Source: an uncultured bacterium
Lineage (GTDB): Bacteria; Babelota; Babeliae; Babelales; Babelaceae
DNA: 64,000 nt
Assembly: GCA_963713855.1 (NCBI GenBank)
Contig: OY970209.1
Location: 704,001 to 768,000, forward strand
Reading direction: 5' to 3'
Of the stretch, positions 1 through 10,088 are shown piece by piece. The notes under the pieces were generated by a model. It was not told the DNA's origin and did not search any database. It saw nothing but the letters and a program-made list of their open reading frames with translations. Position 1 is the first letter of the stretch, and each line of letters starts with the position of its first letter. Made by a program: the position numbers and the translations under genes.

Positions 1-2
1 CG

Positions 3-632
3 GAGATCTTGAATAAAAATGTCGATGAAGTAAAAAGCATTTTAGCTAACCGGTATTATGGCAATATCGAGCTAAATGAAGAAGAAATTGGTGAGGCCTT
101 GCCGTTGGCTGTGGCTCTTAATGAGCAAGGTATAGTTGATACATTGTTAGCCCATTTCGGTACGTATATAACCAATGAGAGCATCGAAAGATCTTTAATA
201 AGCGCGATTTCAGCAAAAAATCTAGAGAGTTTTAAGAGATTTTATCTTCTTGCAAGAAAAAAGTTATCTTATGGTGAGTTTAAAAGAGCCGTAGACGCCG
301 CTTTACTATGGGCAGTAACTTCTCGAGATGGGCCGGTTGTAGGTTTTATCCTAGAGCGTGCTTTTGCTTATAACGAAATAGTCGATCTAAATGTGGCAGA
401 GGCAGGGCGACGTCTGGCGGAACTGTTAAGAACACCTCTTACGCAAGAAGAGAGAGAAGCATTACAGAGCATTGGAAAAAGTCTTGTGGCAGCACCTAGA
501 TTACGGGAAATTGCCCGAGCAACTAGTCAAGGAACACCTCTTGAAAGGCTGTTAGGGCTAATACCACAGCTTCCCCCTGAGCTTATAGCTCTTATCTTGG
601 GGATAACGGTGCAACCTAACCTACCCAAGTAA
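3..632 (+). CDS. 5'-truncated paralog of the downstream ankyrin protein (C-terminal helical region plus F-box-like tail)
   Basis: Frame is open to the window edge. Aligns by eye with the C-terminal half of 796..2178 (EALPLAVALN, IERxLISAISAxNL, ALLWAVT, VGFILERA, LPxELIALILG). Confidence 0.85.
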   Translation, partial: EILNKNVDEVKSILANRYYGNIELNEEEIGEALPLAVALNEQGIVDTLLAHFGTYITNESIERSLISAISAKNLESFKRFYLLARKKLSYGEFKRAVDAALLWAVTSRDGPVVGFILERAFAYNEIVDLNVAEAGRRLAELLRTPLTQEEREALQSIGKSLVAAPRLREIARATSQGTPLERLLGLIPQLPPELIALILGITVQPNLPK

Positions 633-795
633 GCAGGCAATCTTCAATTATACGCGTTAATCATCTTTTTATGTCGGTATACATAGTAAGCCAGCCTTTA
701 AGTTTTGAACGATAAGCACATCTACTTGAGAACCTATTATTGACAAATGGAAATAATATGTCTTAATATAAATAAAAATAAGTTTTATAAGGTGA

Positions 796-2178
796 ATGAT
801 GCTAAAAAGGGTAATTGGCTTAATGCTTCTAATAAGCAGCTTTATTATTTGGTCGAACGATGATGAGCAAGCAAAACTGCTTGAAAAACAGCGTGATGAC
901 AAATTATTTGAAGCTGCAGAAAAAGGAGACGAGTCAAAAGTTGTGGCAGCGGTTAGTCAAGGTGCCCACGTTAATGCCCGGAATGATGATGGGATTACTG
1001 CGCTTATGATCGCAGCTCGAGTGGGGAATTTACCGATTGCCGAATATTTGGTAGACCACGACGCTGACGTTAATATGCGAAATAACAATGGAGTGACTGC
1101 TCTTATATATGCTCTACTGTTTGGTCACGATGCTCTAGCTGACTTTTTCATAGGGCGGGGTGCTTTATTAACCGGATACAGATTTGAGCTACCTGAAGGA
1201 TCCCAGCCCGCTTTTCAGTATCACCTTAACAATTATCTGCATCGATCTATTTACAGGAAAAACTTAAATCAGGTTCGGGCAGCTCTTGATTTGGGAGCCA
1301 ATATTAATAGTAGAAATACTGAAAACACTTTGCGCTATACTCCACTTATAGGCGCTGCTTTTCGTCAATCTCTGCCCATTATTGAATATCTCGTGGAGCA
1401 CGGCGCGGACGTTAATATTCAAAATCCGGATGAGCAAACAGCACTCGATTGGGCTGCTTTTAAGAAAGATTTGCCCACGGTAGAATATTTAGTGGAGCAT
1501 GGTGCTCGGTTAGGAGACACGAGTTTTTCATTTAAATCTAGACCACTCATCACAGCTCTATTGAATAGAAACGGCGATGGCGTAAATAGCCTTTTAGTTG
1601 ACCCGACCAAATTAAATGAAGAAGAGCTTCGAGAAGCGTTACCGTTGGCCGTGGCTCTTAATGACCAAAACACGGTGGATATATTGCTGAGGCACTTTGG
1701 CGACAACATACCGAAAAAGATTATTGAAAGAGCTCTTATAAGCGCAATTTCAGCCCATAATTTACAAAATTTTGAGAGGTTTTATCGTCTTGCAAGAAGA
1801 AACTTATCTGCAAGGAGATTTACTAGGGCGATAGAAAGAGCATTATTGTGGGCGGTCACCCGTAGAAATGAGCCCGCGGTAGGTTTTATACTTGAGCGTG
1901 CACTTGTTTATGGTGAGATACCGGATCTTAATGTGGCAGACGTGGGTCGACACGTGGCAGAGCTATTAAGAACGCGCAGCGACCTTACGCAGGATGAGAG
2001 AGAAGCGTTAAATCGCATTGGAAAAAGTCTTATTGCAGTTCCTCGGTTACGAGAACTTAACTTAGCAGCAGCTCAGAACACAGCGCTAGCAACTCTGTCA
2101 CAGTTAATGCCGAAACTTCCTACCGAGCTTATAGCTCTCATCTTAGGATTAACGGTACGACCTCATTTGCCCAAGTAG
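796..2178 (+). CDS. Secreted ankyrin-repeat protein with C-terminal F-box-like motif
   Basis: Hydrophobic N-terminal signal. Ankyrin motifs GITALMIAA..LVDHDADVN, GVTALIYA, TPLIGAA..LVEHGADVN and TALDWAA. Ends LPTELIALIL. Confidence 0.9.
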   Translation: MMLKRVIGLMLLISSFIIWSNDDEQAKLLEKQRDDKLFEAAEKGDESKVVAAVSQGAHVNARNDDGITALMIAARVGNLPIAEYLVDHDADVNMRNNNGVTALIYALLFGHDALADFFIGRGALLTGYRFELPEGSQPAFQYHLNNYLHRSIYRKNLNQVRAALDLGANINSRNTENTLRYTPLIGAAFRQSLPIIEYLVEHGADVNIQNPDEQTALDWAAFKKDLPTVEYLVEHGARLGDTSFSFKSRPLITALLNRNGDGVNSLLVDPTKLNEEELREALPLAVALNDQNTVDILLRHFGDNIPKKIIERALISAISAHNLQNFERFYRLARRNLSARRFTRAIERALLWAVTRRNEPAVGFILERALVYGEIPDLNVADVGRHVAELLRTRSDLTQDEREALNRIGKSLIAVPRLRELNLAAAQNTALATLSQLMPKLPTELIALILGLTVRPHLPK

Positions 2179-2243
2179 ATGATTTTGTAAAAGGGAATGC
2201 GAATGGGCATTCAAGAAAGCGTTCATTAGGTGCACCAAGTAAC

Positions 2244-3410
2244 CTATCCGAGCAAACTCTTAAGAAAATCATCCGAAGAAATCGAATCAATCCCGTATGC
2301 ATTAATGTTTTCGTCGAGAGGAAAGTTGACATTACCGGGATAAACTAGGCCAAGGTGATGAAGCTCAAGATCTTCGAGAGCAATACGCATAGATTTTGTT
2401 ACTTTTGGACTATCAGTATACTTAAATTCAAAACCCAGACGTTTTCCTCCTCTCATAAGCAATAAATCTAACTCAGCATCTGCATGTGTTGCCCAGAAAA
2501 AGCACTCTTCTGCTGAAGCTTCGAAGATCCGAATGATTTCTTCTAATGCAAAGCCTTCCCAGAAGGAACCAAGTTTAGGATACGTAAGTAACTGTTCTTG
2601 ATTGCGAATTGTTAGGAGTGCATTTAAAATACCACTGTCACGAAAATAAATCTTAGGTGAGCGCACTTGTCGTTTTTGAATATTCTCGTACCATGGCAAA
2701 AGAATACGTATCATGAATGTTCCAGCTAGAACATCAAGATATTTACCCACATTGTATCTAGATATATTTAAAGATTTACTTATTTCATTTCCGTTAAATA
2801 TTTGTCCATGATAATGAGAGATCATGAGCCAAAACCGGCGCATTTGCTGTGGCGGGATATTAAATCCAAGATTCGGTATATCTCTTTCCAGAAAGCTACT
2901 TATATAACTCTGTCGCCAGCTATAGCTTTTTTCGTCGTTTTCGGCCAGATATGATAAAGGAAACCCACCTCTTAACCATAACTTATTGCTGTTATCCACT
3001 TCAGCAAGTGAAAACGGAGGCAACTCGATATAACCTATACGGCCTGCCAACGATTCGGATGATTGACGCAAAAGATCGCGTGAAGCACTTCCTAAAATAA
3101 GGAATCGCCTGTTCTTCTTTTGCTGATCAATGAGCACGCGCAATATGGGAAAAAGATCGGGCCTTCGTTGTATCTCATCTATAATAATAAGGTCCTTAGT
3201 AATATTTGTAAGTGTACGCATTGGGTTTTCAAGAAGGGCGAGATCCAAGGGATTCTCTAAATCGAGAAAATAAGTATCTTGTGGGAAATATTTTGCCGCA
3301 TAAGCTTTTGCCAAGGTCGTTTTTCCAACTTGCCGTGCCCCAAGAATGCCACAGGCGGAATGGATGCCAAATTGAGCTTCAACCTCCTCGAGATAATGTG
3401 TGCGTTCCAT
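2244..3410 (-). CDS. AAA_14 ATPase with DUF4143 C-terminal domain
   Basis: Walker A GARQVGKTT, Walker B IIIDEIQ, LGSAS, ESLAGR, RGGFP, PKIYFRDSG and ELDLL..GFEFK. Confidence 0.9.
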   Translation of the reverse strand: MERTHYLEEVEAQFGIHSACGILGARQVGKTTLAKAYAAKYFPQDTYFLDLENPLDLALLENPMRTLTNITKDLIIIDEIQRRPDLFPILRVLIDQQKKNRRFLILGSASRDLLRQSSESLAGRIGYIELPPFSLAEVDNSNKLWLRGGFPLSYLAENDEKSYSWRQSYISSFLERDIPNLGFNIPPQQMRRFWLMISHYHGQIFNGNEISKSLNISRYNVGKYLDVLAGTFMIRILLPWYENIQKRQVRSPKIYFRDSGILNALLTIRNQEQLLTYPKLGSFWEGFALEEIIRIFEASAEECFFWATHADAELDLLLMRGGKRLGFEFKYTDSPKVTKSMRIALEDLELHHLGLVYPGNVNFPLDENINAYGIDSISSDDFLKSLLG

Positions 3411-3549
3411 AAAAAATACCTTGAAATTTGCAAATCCGTTTACATTTTACAAGGTATTTTATTTAAAATCAAGAGAGCTGATCGAGTAAGCGAACCAAAT
3501 GATAAGTCCACTTTACATTTAGTCGGACTATTTGTTAAATCGACTTTAC

Positions 3550-3754
3550 AAATAGTTCTGGCTCTGAGAGTTTATAGAGTGCTTCAGTAGGATTTAATCG
3601 CAGATGGCCTGGAAGCGACCGAGAAAATGACCATCTACTCGAATACCCAAAGGGTGCTAACCATATGTTTCATTAGAGCACCTAATCAAAGCCCTTCGAG
3701 AAACTTAAGTAGTTTACGCACGGTGGCGGCTATAGTATCCTATAAAGACTATTT
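3550..3754 (+). ncRNA. Structured intergenic RNA candidate, possibly 6S RNA
   Basis: Complementary segments: TAGGAT 3588-3593/ATCCTA 3737-3742, AGATGG 3602-3607/CCATCT 3631-3636, CTCGAA 3638-3643/TTCGAG 3695-3700, GGTGCT 3653-3658/AGCACC 3677-3682. Strand and ends are uncertain. Confidence 0.4.
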
Positions 3755-3796
3755 GCATGCAAGGTCTTTCATGTCTCTTTTGAAATCTCTTCTGGT

Positions 3797-5728
3797 ATGA
3801 AAATTAATCACCAGGCTTTTTTTTACAGTTTTATCATTCTCATTGCGCTTATGGCTTATGCTTTGGGAATGCTTTTTTTTGTTACTACGATACCGTGGGT
3901 TGACCTTTCTGCTCTTGAATTTAATCAGTTTGCGATGCCTTCTATACTGCTTGATGATGAGGGTAATGAGTGGGGAAGGTTTCAGCTTGACCGCAGGAAG
4001 GCTGTTCAGCTTAATGCAATGCCGGAGGCGCTTATTGCCGCCTTTTTAACATCTGAGGATCGCTCATTTTTTAAGCACAAAGGCATCTCTGTAAGAGGTA
4101 TTGTGCGCTCAGTGCTTGTTAACGTTCTACGTGGAAGGCGGGTTCAGGGTGCGAGCACCATTACTCAGCAGCTTGTTCGTCTTCTTTTTTTTGATTCTAA
4201 AAAAACGTTTATGAGAAAAATAAAAGAGCAGTTTCTTTCGCTTTCGATAGAAAAGCAGTTTAGCAAAGAAGTCATTTTGGAAGCGTACCTTAATAACATT
4301 TATTTTGGGTGCGGCATTTACGGTGTTCAAGCTGCAAGTCAACGTTTCTGGTCAAAAGATGTGCATGACCTTACATTAGATGAGGCAGCTACTCTAGCAG
4401 CGATTGTTCCGGCACCTATACGGTACTGTCCACTTATAAATCCTCAAAAAACCCGTAAACGTCGAGATCTTATTCTCAAGCTTATGCTCCAGCTTGGCAG
4501 TATTACACAAAAAGAGTATGAAAGTGCGGCTGCTAAGGAAATTACAGTTCAAGCTAGCGATATACGGGGGCATTGTTGCTCACCCCATGCAAGAGAATAC
4601 GTACGTACAATTCTTGAAAATCAGTTTGGCCGATCTGCGCTTTACACTCAAGGCCTTATTATACAAACAACACTTAACAGAAAAATGCAGGAATCTGCTA
4701 CTGCACACTTTAAAAAGCATATCGAGCGATTGAGAAAGACAATAAGCGGTGCTGTAGATGGTGGATTAGTGACGTTGGCTGTCCATGATAGCAGCATTAA
4801 GTCAATGGTAGGAGGCTACAATTTTTCAGCGTCGCAGTTTAACAGAGCCTTAAACGCTAAACGCCAAATTGGCTCACTTTTTAAACCAATCATTTACAGT
4901 GTTGGTCTTGAGAGGGGCGTTATTGACTTTAATGATACTGAGATTGACGAACCGATAACGCTTATGAATGGCAATCGAGTGTGGAGTCCAAAAAACTTTA
5001 ACAAGAAGTTTGAGGGACGTATGACGCTTGCTCATGCGTTAGCTCTTTCCAAAAATACGATCTCAGTTAAAACATTGCTGAAAGTTGGCATGGATAATGT
5101 TATAGCATGTGCTAAAAAGTGCCATCTTGCTCAATACTTAGAGCCTTATCCTTCGTTGGCTTTGGGATGCATAGATGCAACGGTACTTCAAGCAGCTTCT
5201 CTTTTTACGCTGTTTTCACATCAGGGTGTTATGGTTGAGCCGCATTTGATCGACTGGGTTAAGGACTGTTGGGGTAAAAAGCTATGGAGGCACAAAGAGG
5301 TGCGCACCCCAGTTTTAAGTTGGAAAACGAGTAGTAAAATTATGCAGGCGCTTTCGACAGCTTTTGATCGGCTTAAAGACAGGTATCCGCAGCTTTGGGG
5401 GGATGTTAAAGCATTCGGTAAAACTGGAACCACCAACGATTCCCGAACATGCTGGTTTGCGGGCGGTACGCCCTCATACACCACAGCCGTCTATATAGGC
5501 CGTGATGATAATCAGCCTTTAGGAAAAGACGTTTTTCCGAGCACGACCGCATTTGCGTTATGGCTTGAAGTTAATAAGAGCTTTTTGCATGGATCAGATT
5601 TTTTGATCGAGCCTTCGCTAGAGCGCGTTTTGATAGATCCTTTAAATGGCAAACGATTTATACCTAAGAAAAACGAAAAAGCGAAGAATAAGCAGATGCA
5701 ACCCATAAGTATTCTTTTGGCTAGATAA
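3797..5728 (+). CDS. mrcA: Class A penicillin-binding protein (PBP1A family)
   Basis: N-terminal TM helix. Transglycosylase motifs EDRSFFKHKG, GASTITQQL and RKIKE. Transpeptidase motifs SLFK, SKN and KTGT. Confidence 0.9.
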   Translation: MKINHQAFFYSFIILIALMAYALGMLFFVTTIPWVDLSALEFNQFAMPSILLDDEGNEWGRFQLDRRKAVQLNAMPEALIAAFLTSEDRSFFKHKGISVRGIVRSVLVNVLRGRRVQGASTITQQLVRLLFFDSKKTFMRKIKEQFLSLSIEKQFSKEVILEAYLNNIYFGCGIYGVQAASQRFWSKDVHDLTLDEAATLAAIVPAPIRYCPLINPQKTRKRRDLILKLMLQLGSITQKEYESAAAKEITVQASDIRGHCCSPHAREYVRTILENQFGRSALYTQGLIIQTTLNRKMQESATAHFKKHIERLRKTISGAVDGGLVTLAVHDSSIKSMVGGYNFSASQFNRALNAKRQIGSLFKPIIYSVGLERGVIDFNDTEIDEPITLMNGNRVWSPKNFNKKFEGRMTLAHALALSKNTISVKTLLKVGMDNVIACAKKCHLAQYLEPYPSLALGCIDATVLQAASLFTLFSHQGVMVEPHLIDWVKDCWGKKLWRHKEVRTPVLSWKTSSKIMQALSTAFDRLKDRYPQLWGDVKAFGKTGTTNDSRTCWFAGGTPSYTTAVYIGRDDNQPLGKDVFPSTTAFALWLEVNKSFLHGSDFLIEPSLERVLIDPLNGKRFIPKKNEKAKNKQMQPISILLAR

Positions 5729-5820
5729 GAATCTATCGCACAATCCTTGACTTCCCACTATAAAATATGGTCTTTTGTCTGAAAGAGTAGTTTGATGTTT
5801 ATCTGCTCAGGAAAATAGCC

Positions 5821-7719
5821 ATGTTTAATGTGCGTAAAGTTATTGTTTTTAGCTCGCTTTTTGCCTGTTTTTTTCTAATAAACTGTCAAGATTCCGGTGA
5901 CGTGGGCGGTCAAATGGATGGCACGTTGGATAGCATTAAATCCTTTCCCGAGACGTTTGCGATGGGCTTTGGTTATTGCCCATCAGATTATACGTATAGC
6001 ATGTCTGTGTGGAATGATTTTAGCCAGTCAATCTATGCACGTATCCAATCAGTTGTTTCTGTTCAAGGAGCGAAGTTTAACTCATCAAACGCCGCTTCTA
6101 CGATGATTCAGCCATATTCTTCGGCAAGCGCAAGTACATTTAACGCGGTCCACGTCTGTCATGGCATTGTGCGCATAGATGCTTTAAATCATCAGATTTT
6201 TGCCCGGGGTGTTGATATAGATAAGACCGATAAGAATGTCTATTACTATCACAGCTTTTCTATTGAAGGAAACCCTGAAGCTGAATTCATGGGCCCCGGA
6301 TTTTATGGTGGTCCATATACTCAAACCTCTGAATTTGATGGTGTCTTTTTTAATAATACAACCTACGACGTTTCTTTATCATTCAATTATTCGGCCAACA
6401 ATAAACCGGCAAATTATACACTTATATTAGAAGCAGGCTCGTTTAATCTTTTAAGCTCAGATAGCACGCAACCCCATTCGATCCGAGACGTTACCAAAAC
6501 CGGCTCATTCAGCTTTAACTTGCCTAATAAATCAAAGACGAGTCTTCCTATTAATTCACAAGGGCTTGGCCAAATCTATTGGGACGCCTCAAGCTCAACG
6601 AGTCTTGCGATTCCCCTAACGACCACGTATGAAATGTTTGGTACTTCAAAAAGCGGAGTACAAGTAGGAATACAGGGCTTTAATATGGGAAACCATAACC
6701 AAACGGGAGTACCAATCGTAAAATCGCAAACACCCCCCAAAGGCTTGTCTCCAATACGCGACATAAACCCTATTTTGTGCGAGGTTTGGTGCCAGTCTCC
6801 TGAGCAGTTTTCGTCAAATCAAAAAGCTGATGCACAAACGTTTGCGTACAAAAGTCAGGAACATATTTGGGCAGCATACGCAACGAAGGATTATACCATC
6901 TTTCAAGAATTAACCCCCGCAAAAGTTACCTCTTTTTCACTTATAAGACCTACTGCAAGTGAGTCAAGTTCACGCCTTTATGTTTTTGCTCTTGATAGCG
7001 ATAATCCAGATAAATCTCGCTCTTATTTGCGTCGCATGCTTTCAAACCCCGGCAGTCTTTCAAAGGCTCTTGCTGTTGATATACCTAATCCCGACACTGC
7101 AACAACAACTCAAATAGAAGAAGCTGTGGCTCAGGCTCTCGGCTCAGTAGCTAATGCAACCTTTAACGATAGCGTTACCGGAGTGAAGGGTACGCTTCTT
7201 CTTGCCGATACCTTTTTGGCTTACGGTGGCCGTCAAGACCGCAATCGCTTTTATGAAGTGCTGCCTCCACTTGTAAGTCTTAATAGCCTTTTTGCAAGCA
7301 CAGTCACTTCACAGCTTGATTTGAGCCTCTTCCAGACAGCCGGTGCTACAAGAGATGCAGCTTTTACAGCTGCTACAAACGAGTTCATGCAAAACATCCG
7401 CGCATGGCTTACTACCTTTGCTACCAATTATAAGCCTAAGCAATTTGTAAATAGTACTATCAGTAACGCGCAAAGCTACCAGTCGCAGCTTGAAGCCCTC
7501 GTACCCGAGCTTACAAGCTACCTCAAGACTAAGGGGATGCCGACGCTTTTTACCAATCCCAAAGCAGCCCCTGGTGACAGGCAATTCAATTCCCAAGGCA
7601 TCCAGTCCCTCTATCTTGTACTATTGGGGCCCGTTAGCCTTAAAAATCCTCCCCTATTGCGCCAAGCTGGAACAAACACCTATCTATCTGGGGCTAAGCC
7701 AAAAAATTGGCCTTCTTAA
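5821..7719 (+). CDS. Hypothetical exported protein, 632 aa
   Basis: Long ORF with an N-terminal signal-like segment, S/T/N-rich, no recognisable motif. Confidence 0.8.
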   Translation: MFNVRKVIVFSSLFACFFLINCQDSGDVGGQMDGTLDSIKSFPETFAMGFGYCPSDYTYSMSVWNDFSQSIYARIQSVVSVQGAKFNSSNAASTMIQPYSSASASTFNAVHVCHGIVRIDALNHQIFARGVDIDKTDKNVYYYHSFSIEGNPEAEFMGPGFYGGPYTQTSEFDGVFFNNTTYDVSLSFNYSANNKPANYTLILEAGSFNLLSSDSTQPHSIRDVTKTGSFSFNLPNKSKTSLPINSQGLGQIYWDASSSTSLAIPLTTTYEMFGTSKSGVQVGIQGFNMGNHNQTGVPIVKSQTPPKGLSPIRDINPILCEVWCQSPEQFSSNQKADAQTFAYKSQEHIWAAYATKDYTIFQELTPAKVTSFSLIRPTASESSSRLYVFALDSDNPDKSRSYLRRMLSNPGSLSKALAVDIPNPDTATTTQIEEAVAQALGSVANATFNDSVTGVKGTLLLADTFLAYGGRQDRNRFYEVLPPLVSLNSLFASTVTSQLDLSLFQTAGATRDAAFTAATNEFMQNIRAWLTTFATNYKPKQFVNSTISNAQSYQSQLEALVPELTSYLKTKGMPTLFTNPKAAPGDRQFNSQGIQSLYLVLLGPVSLKNPPLLRQAGTNTYLSGAKPKNWPS

Positions 7720-7874
7720 AGCCCATTCTTTTTTTGCTCTAGATGGTAAAGTGCCAAATAAAGTATACGAATGGAAAATTTATTGATAATTATGCTGTAT
7801 TAATGCTATTTTATTATCATAATGATAGATTTCAATATTGAAATCTATATTTTATTTTTATAAGGAGATACGTA

Positions 7875-8252
7875 ATGAAGTTAACGCTAATAAAAGCTTT
7901 TGTGTTGTTTTTTGCAGCAGCAAGCTCCGTTGCTTTTGCATTAGTACCAGAACTGCAGCCAATTAATATTAACAGGAATAAGGTAGGATTACCTGACAAT
8001 GCTCACTGTTCTGTGTATCATACTAAGCAAGGCCCAGTGATTACCTGTCAGACTATTTTTAAGAATGCGGCCATGAAGCCTACCTGCGCTACATGTACGC
8101 CTGGCTGGTTAAGCTTTGAAAACTATATAGGTACTTTAATGGGTCCTAGTATGGAAGGTCCAGGAAAAACACGCGCAGTGATCTTCTGTGATGGTGAATG
8201 CGTACCAGTTTCTTCTAAAACTGAATCGCCTATATTGCCAGAAATAATTTAA
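7875..8252 (+). CDS. Small secreted Cys-containing hypothetical protein
   Basis: RBS TAAGGAG at 7861, signal peptide ending AFA, six Cys. Confidence 0.8.
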   Translation: MKLTLIKAFVLFFAAASSVAFALVPELQPININRNKVGLPDNAHCSVYHTKQGPVITCQTIFKNAAMKPTCATCTPGWLSFENYIGTLMGPSMEGPGKTRAVIFCDGECVPVSSKTESPILPEII

Positions 8253-8284
8253 GAAGGGACTTGATTAAAGTACCCTTTCTTTCT
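8251..8284. terminator. Hairpin between convergent genes
   Basis: GAAGGG-ACTT...AAGT-A-CCCTTTC followed by a T-rich run. Confidence 0.5.
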
Positions 8285-8334
8285 TGAAACGTGCAACAGT
8301 TAATTGTAGCGTTGTCTTCTGTGCCTGATGTTGC

Positions 8335-8979
8335 TCATCTTGCACTTATTTCTTCGCCGAAAGCTGTTAATAGGTCGCCAAGTTTTTCGATGGCGCAGGC
8401 GGAGGGTTTACGAGTACCGGTTAGAATTTCTTTCCAAACAGTTAAGGCATCATTCAATGAACCCATCGTGTAAGGAGGAGATGTCATATTCAAGTATTCG
8501 TCTTTTAAAGCAACTTTAATGTAATTTGGATCTTTAAATGATACATCTGGAGCTTTGTACCACATTTTCAGGGTCTGGAGTACAAGGTCAAAAATCTCAT
8601 TAAGCTCATTAACAGTTATTTGCGGAGCAGATTGGCGGCGAGAACCAACGTTTTTAATAACATGTGGATTATCAAGTTGATCAGATACCTGACCGAAAGC
8701 TGTGAGAATTGCACCAAGTTTTCTAATGGTTTCTCCGCTTATTTCATATACAGCTTCTTTCTTATTACTCAATATTTCTTGCCAGACTTCTAAATCATGA
8801 TCTAAAGATCCAAGTCCGAAGACCGGGGTTTTTGAGGAGTTATAATTGATATGCTCATTCGAATGTGTTACCAGATAAAAATCATCGTTCCAAAAAGCAA
8901 TTGACTTAACATTTTGCTGAAGAAGGTATCTTATCGTAATTTCAAACACTTCAGAAAGTTCGTTAAAGCTTAGCTTCAC
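8335..8979 (-). CDS. Putative immunity protein, two tandem copies of one domain
   Basis: Overlaps the toxin stop by 4 nt. Halves match each other: NELSEVF/NELNEIF, GSLDHDLEVWQEIL/GSLNDALTVWKEIL, KLGAILTAFG/KLGDLLTAFG. Confidence 0.75.
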   Translation of the reverse strand: MKLSFNELSEVFEITIRYLLQQNVKSIAFWNDDFYLVTHSNEHINYNSSKTPVFGLGSLDHDLEVWQEILSNKKEAVYEISGETIRKLGAILTAFGQVSDQLDNPHVIKNVGSRRQSAPQITVNELNEIFDLVLQTLKMWYKAPDVSFKDPNYIKVALKDEYLNMTSPPYTMGSLNDALTVWKEILTGTRKPSACAIEKLGDLLTAFGEEISAR

Positions 8980-10067
8980 TCAGCGCCTCTTTCGTGTAAT
9001 ATATCTTTCAATTTCTGTGCTTCTCTTTTATATTTTTCTATTTGCTCGTTTAGTTCATTGATTCTTGTATTAATTCTTTCTTGTCTTTCTTGAGGGTTTC
9101 GTGCATTCTTTAAAAATTCCTTATTATCATGAGCATCGGGCTCTTTTTTGTAATCTTCAAGTTTTTGCTCGTGCTTTCTAACTTGTTTTTCCTGGCCACG
9201 GATTCGTTTTTTAATATTTTCATCGCTTGCGTCTTCCAAATTGTTTTTCGGCGGTTTACCTGTAGCGCTTTGCCCCATCTTATTTTTAGGATCTTTGGGA
9301 TCCTCAGGAATTCCCCCGCTTCCGCAACCGCTTTCATAGGTTGTTCTAAAATCACCGCCGTCAAAGTGCAGATTTTCAGCTTCTTCTATGTAGCTTGGTC
9401 GTGCTGATTCCCCCAAATTGCTCACCCACAAGAGTCCTCCTATACCGCCAATAGCAGCTCCGACGCCGATGGTCAGGGGGCTAAAAAACGAACTCGCAGC
9501 TGCGCCCGCTTCGGCTCCTGCCACAGCACCTTCACCAAACGCCCAGCTAAAAGTTATCGATAATTCAGGCATATGATTATGTACCAAGACGGAGTTTTGC
9601 CCAACAAAGTAACAGCGTGTAGGACTTTCGATTTTTATTTTAAGAAGCACATCGCCAAAACACGTTTCTTCCCATCCTTTGCATTCAATTAACTTTGGCT
9701 TATTGTCTTTGTTGCTTATTAGTAAGTTGCCTTTTTCCAGGTCTACGGCCTTAACCCACTCATTTTTATTGGCGACAAAAAAGCGTGTTGCGCCACCACA
9801 GGTCAGAACTTCCTCACCAATGTATACACGATACAAAGTACGTAGACCGTCAGATGTTTCAGGCTCGATTGCATAAGCTGTAGAAACTTTATTGTCCGCA
9901 AATGTCATAAGCATGTCATATTTAAGAATCTGATTAAATCTCTTATTACCTTGCTCTGTTTGAACAACCGTCCAAAAAGGAAAGCCCTCATCATCATTTT
10001 CTTCTACGTCGGCTGTAAGTTGTATTGCAAAAAACAGTAAAAGGGTGAGAAAATTTCTGCGTAACAT
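8976..10067 (-). CDS. Secreted polymorphic toxin: signal peptide, Hint domain, Gly/Ala hydrophobic segment, helical toxin tip
   Basis: Hint-like blocks GFPFWTVVQTEQG, WVKAVDLEKGN and CYFVGQNSVLVHN. Tip HEQKLEDYKKEPDAHDNKEFLKNA. Confidence 0.8.
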   Translation of the reverse strand: MLRRNFLTLLLFFAIQLTADVEENDDEGFPFWTVVQTEQGNKRFNQILKYDMLMTFADNKVSTAYAIEPETSDGLRTLYRVYIGEEVLTCGGATRFFVANKNEWVKAVDLEKGNLLISNKDNKPKLIECKGWEETCFGDVLLKIKIESPTRCYFVGQNSVLVHNHMPELSITFSWAFGEGAVAGAEAGAAASSFFSPLTIGVGAAIGGIGGLLWVSNLGESARPSYIEEAENLHFDGGDFRTTYESGCGSGGIPEDPKDPKNKMGQSATGKPPKNNLEDASDENIKKRIRGQEKQVRKHEQKLEDYKKEPDAHDNKEFLKNARNPQERQERINTRINELNEQIEKYKREAQKLKDILHERGAE

Positions 10068-10088
10068 GTAAGTGTCCTTATGTGAAGA

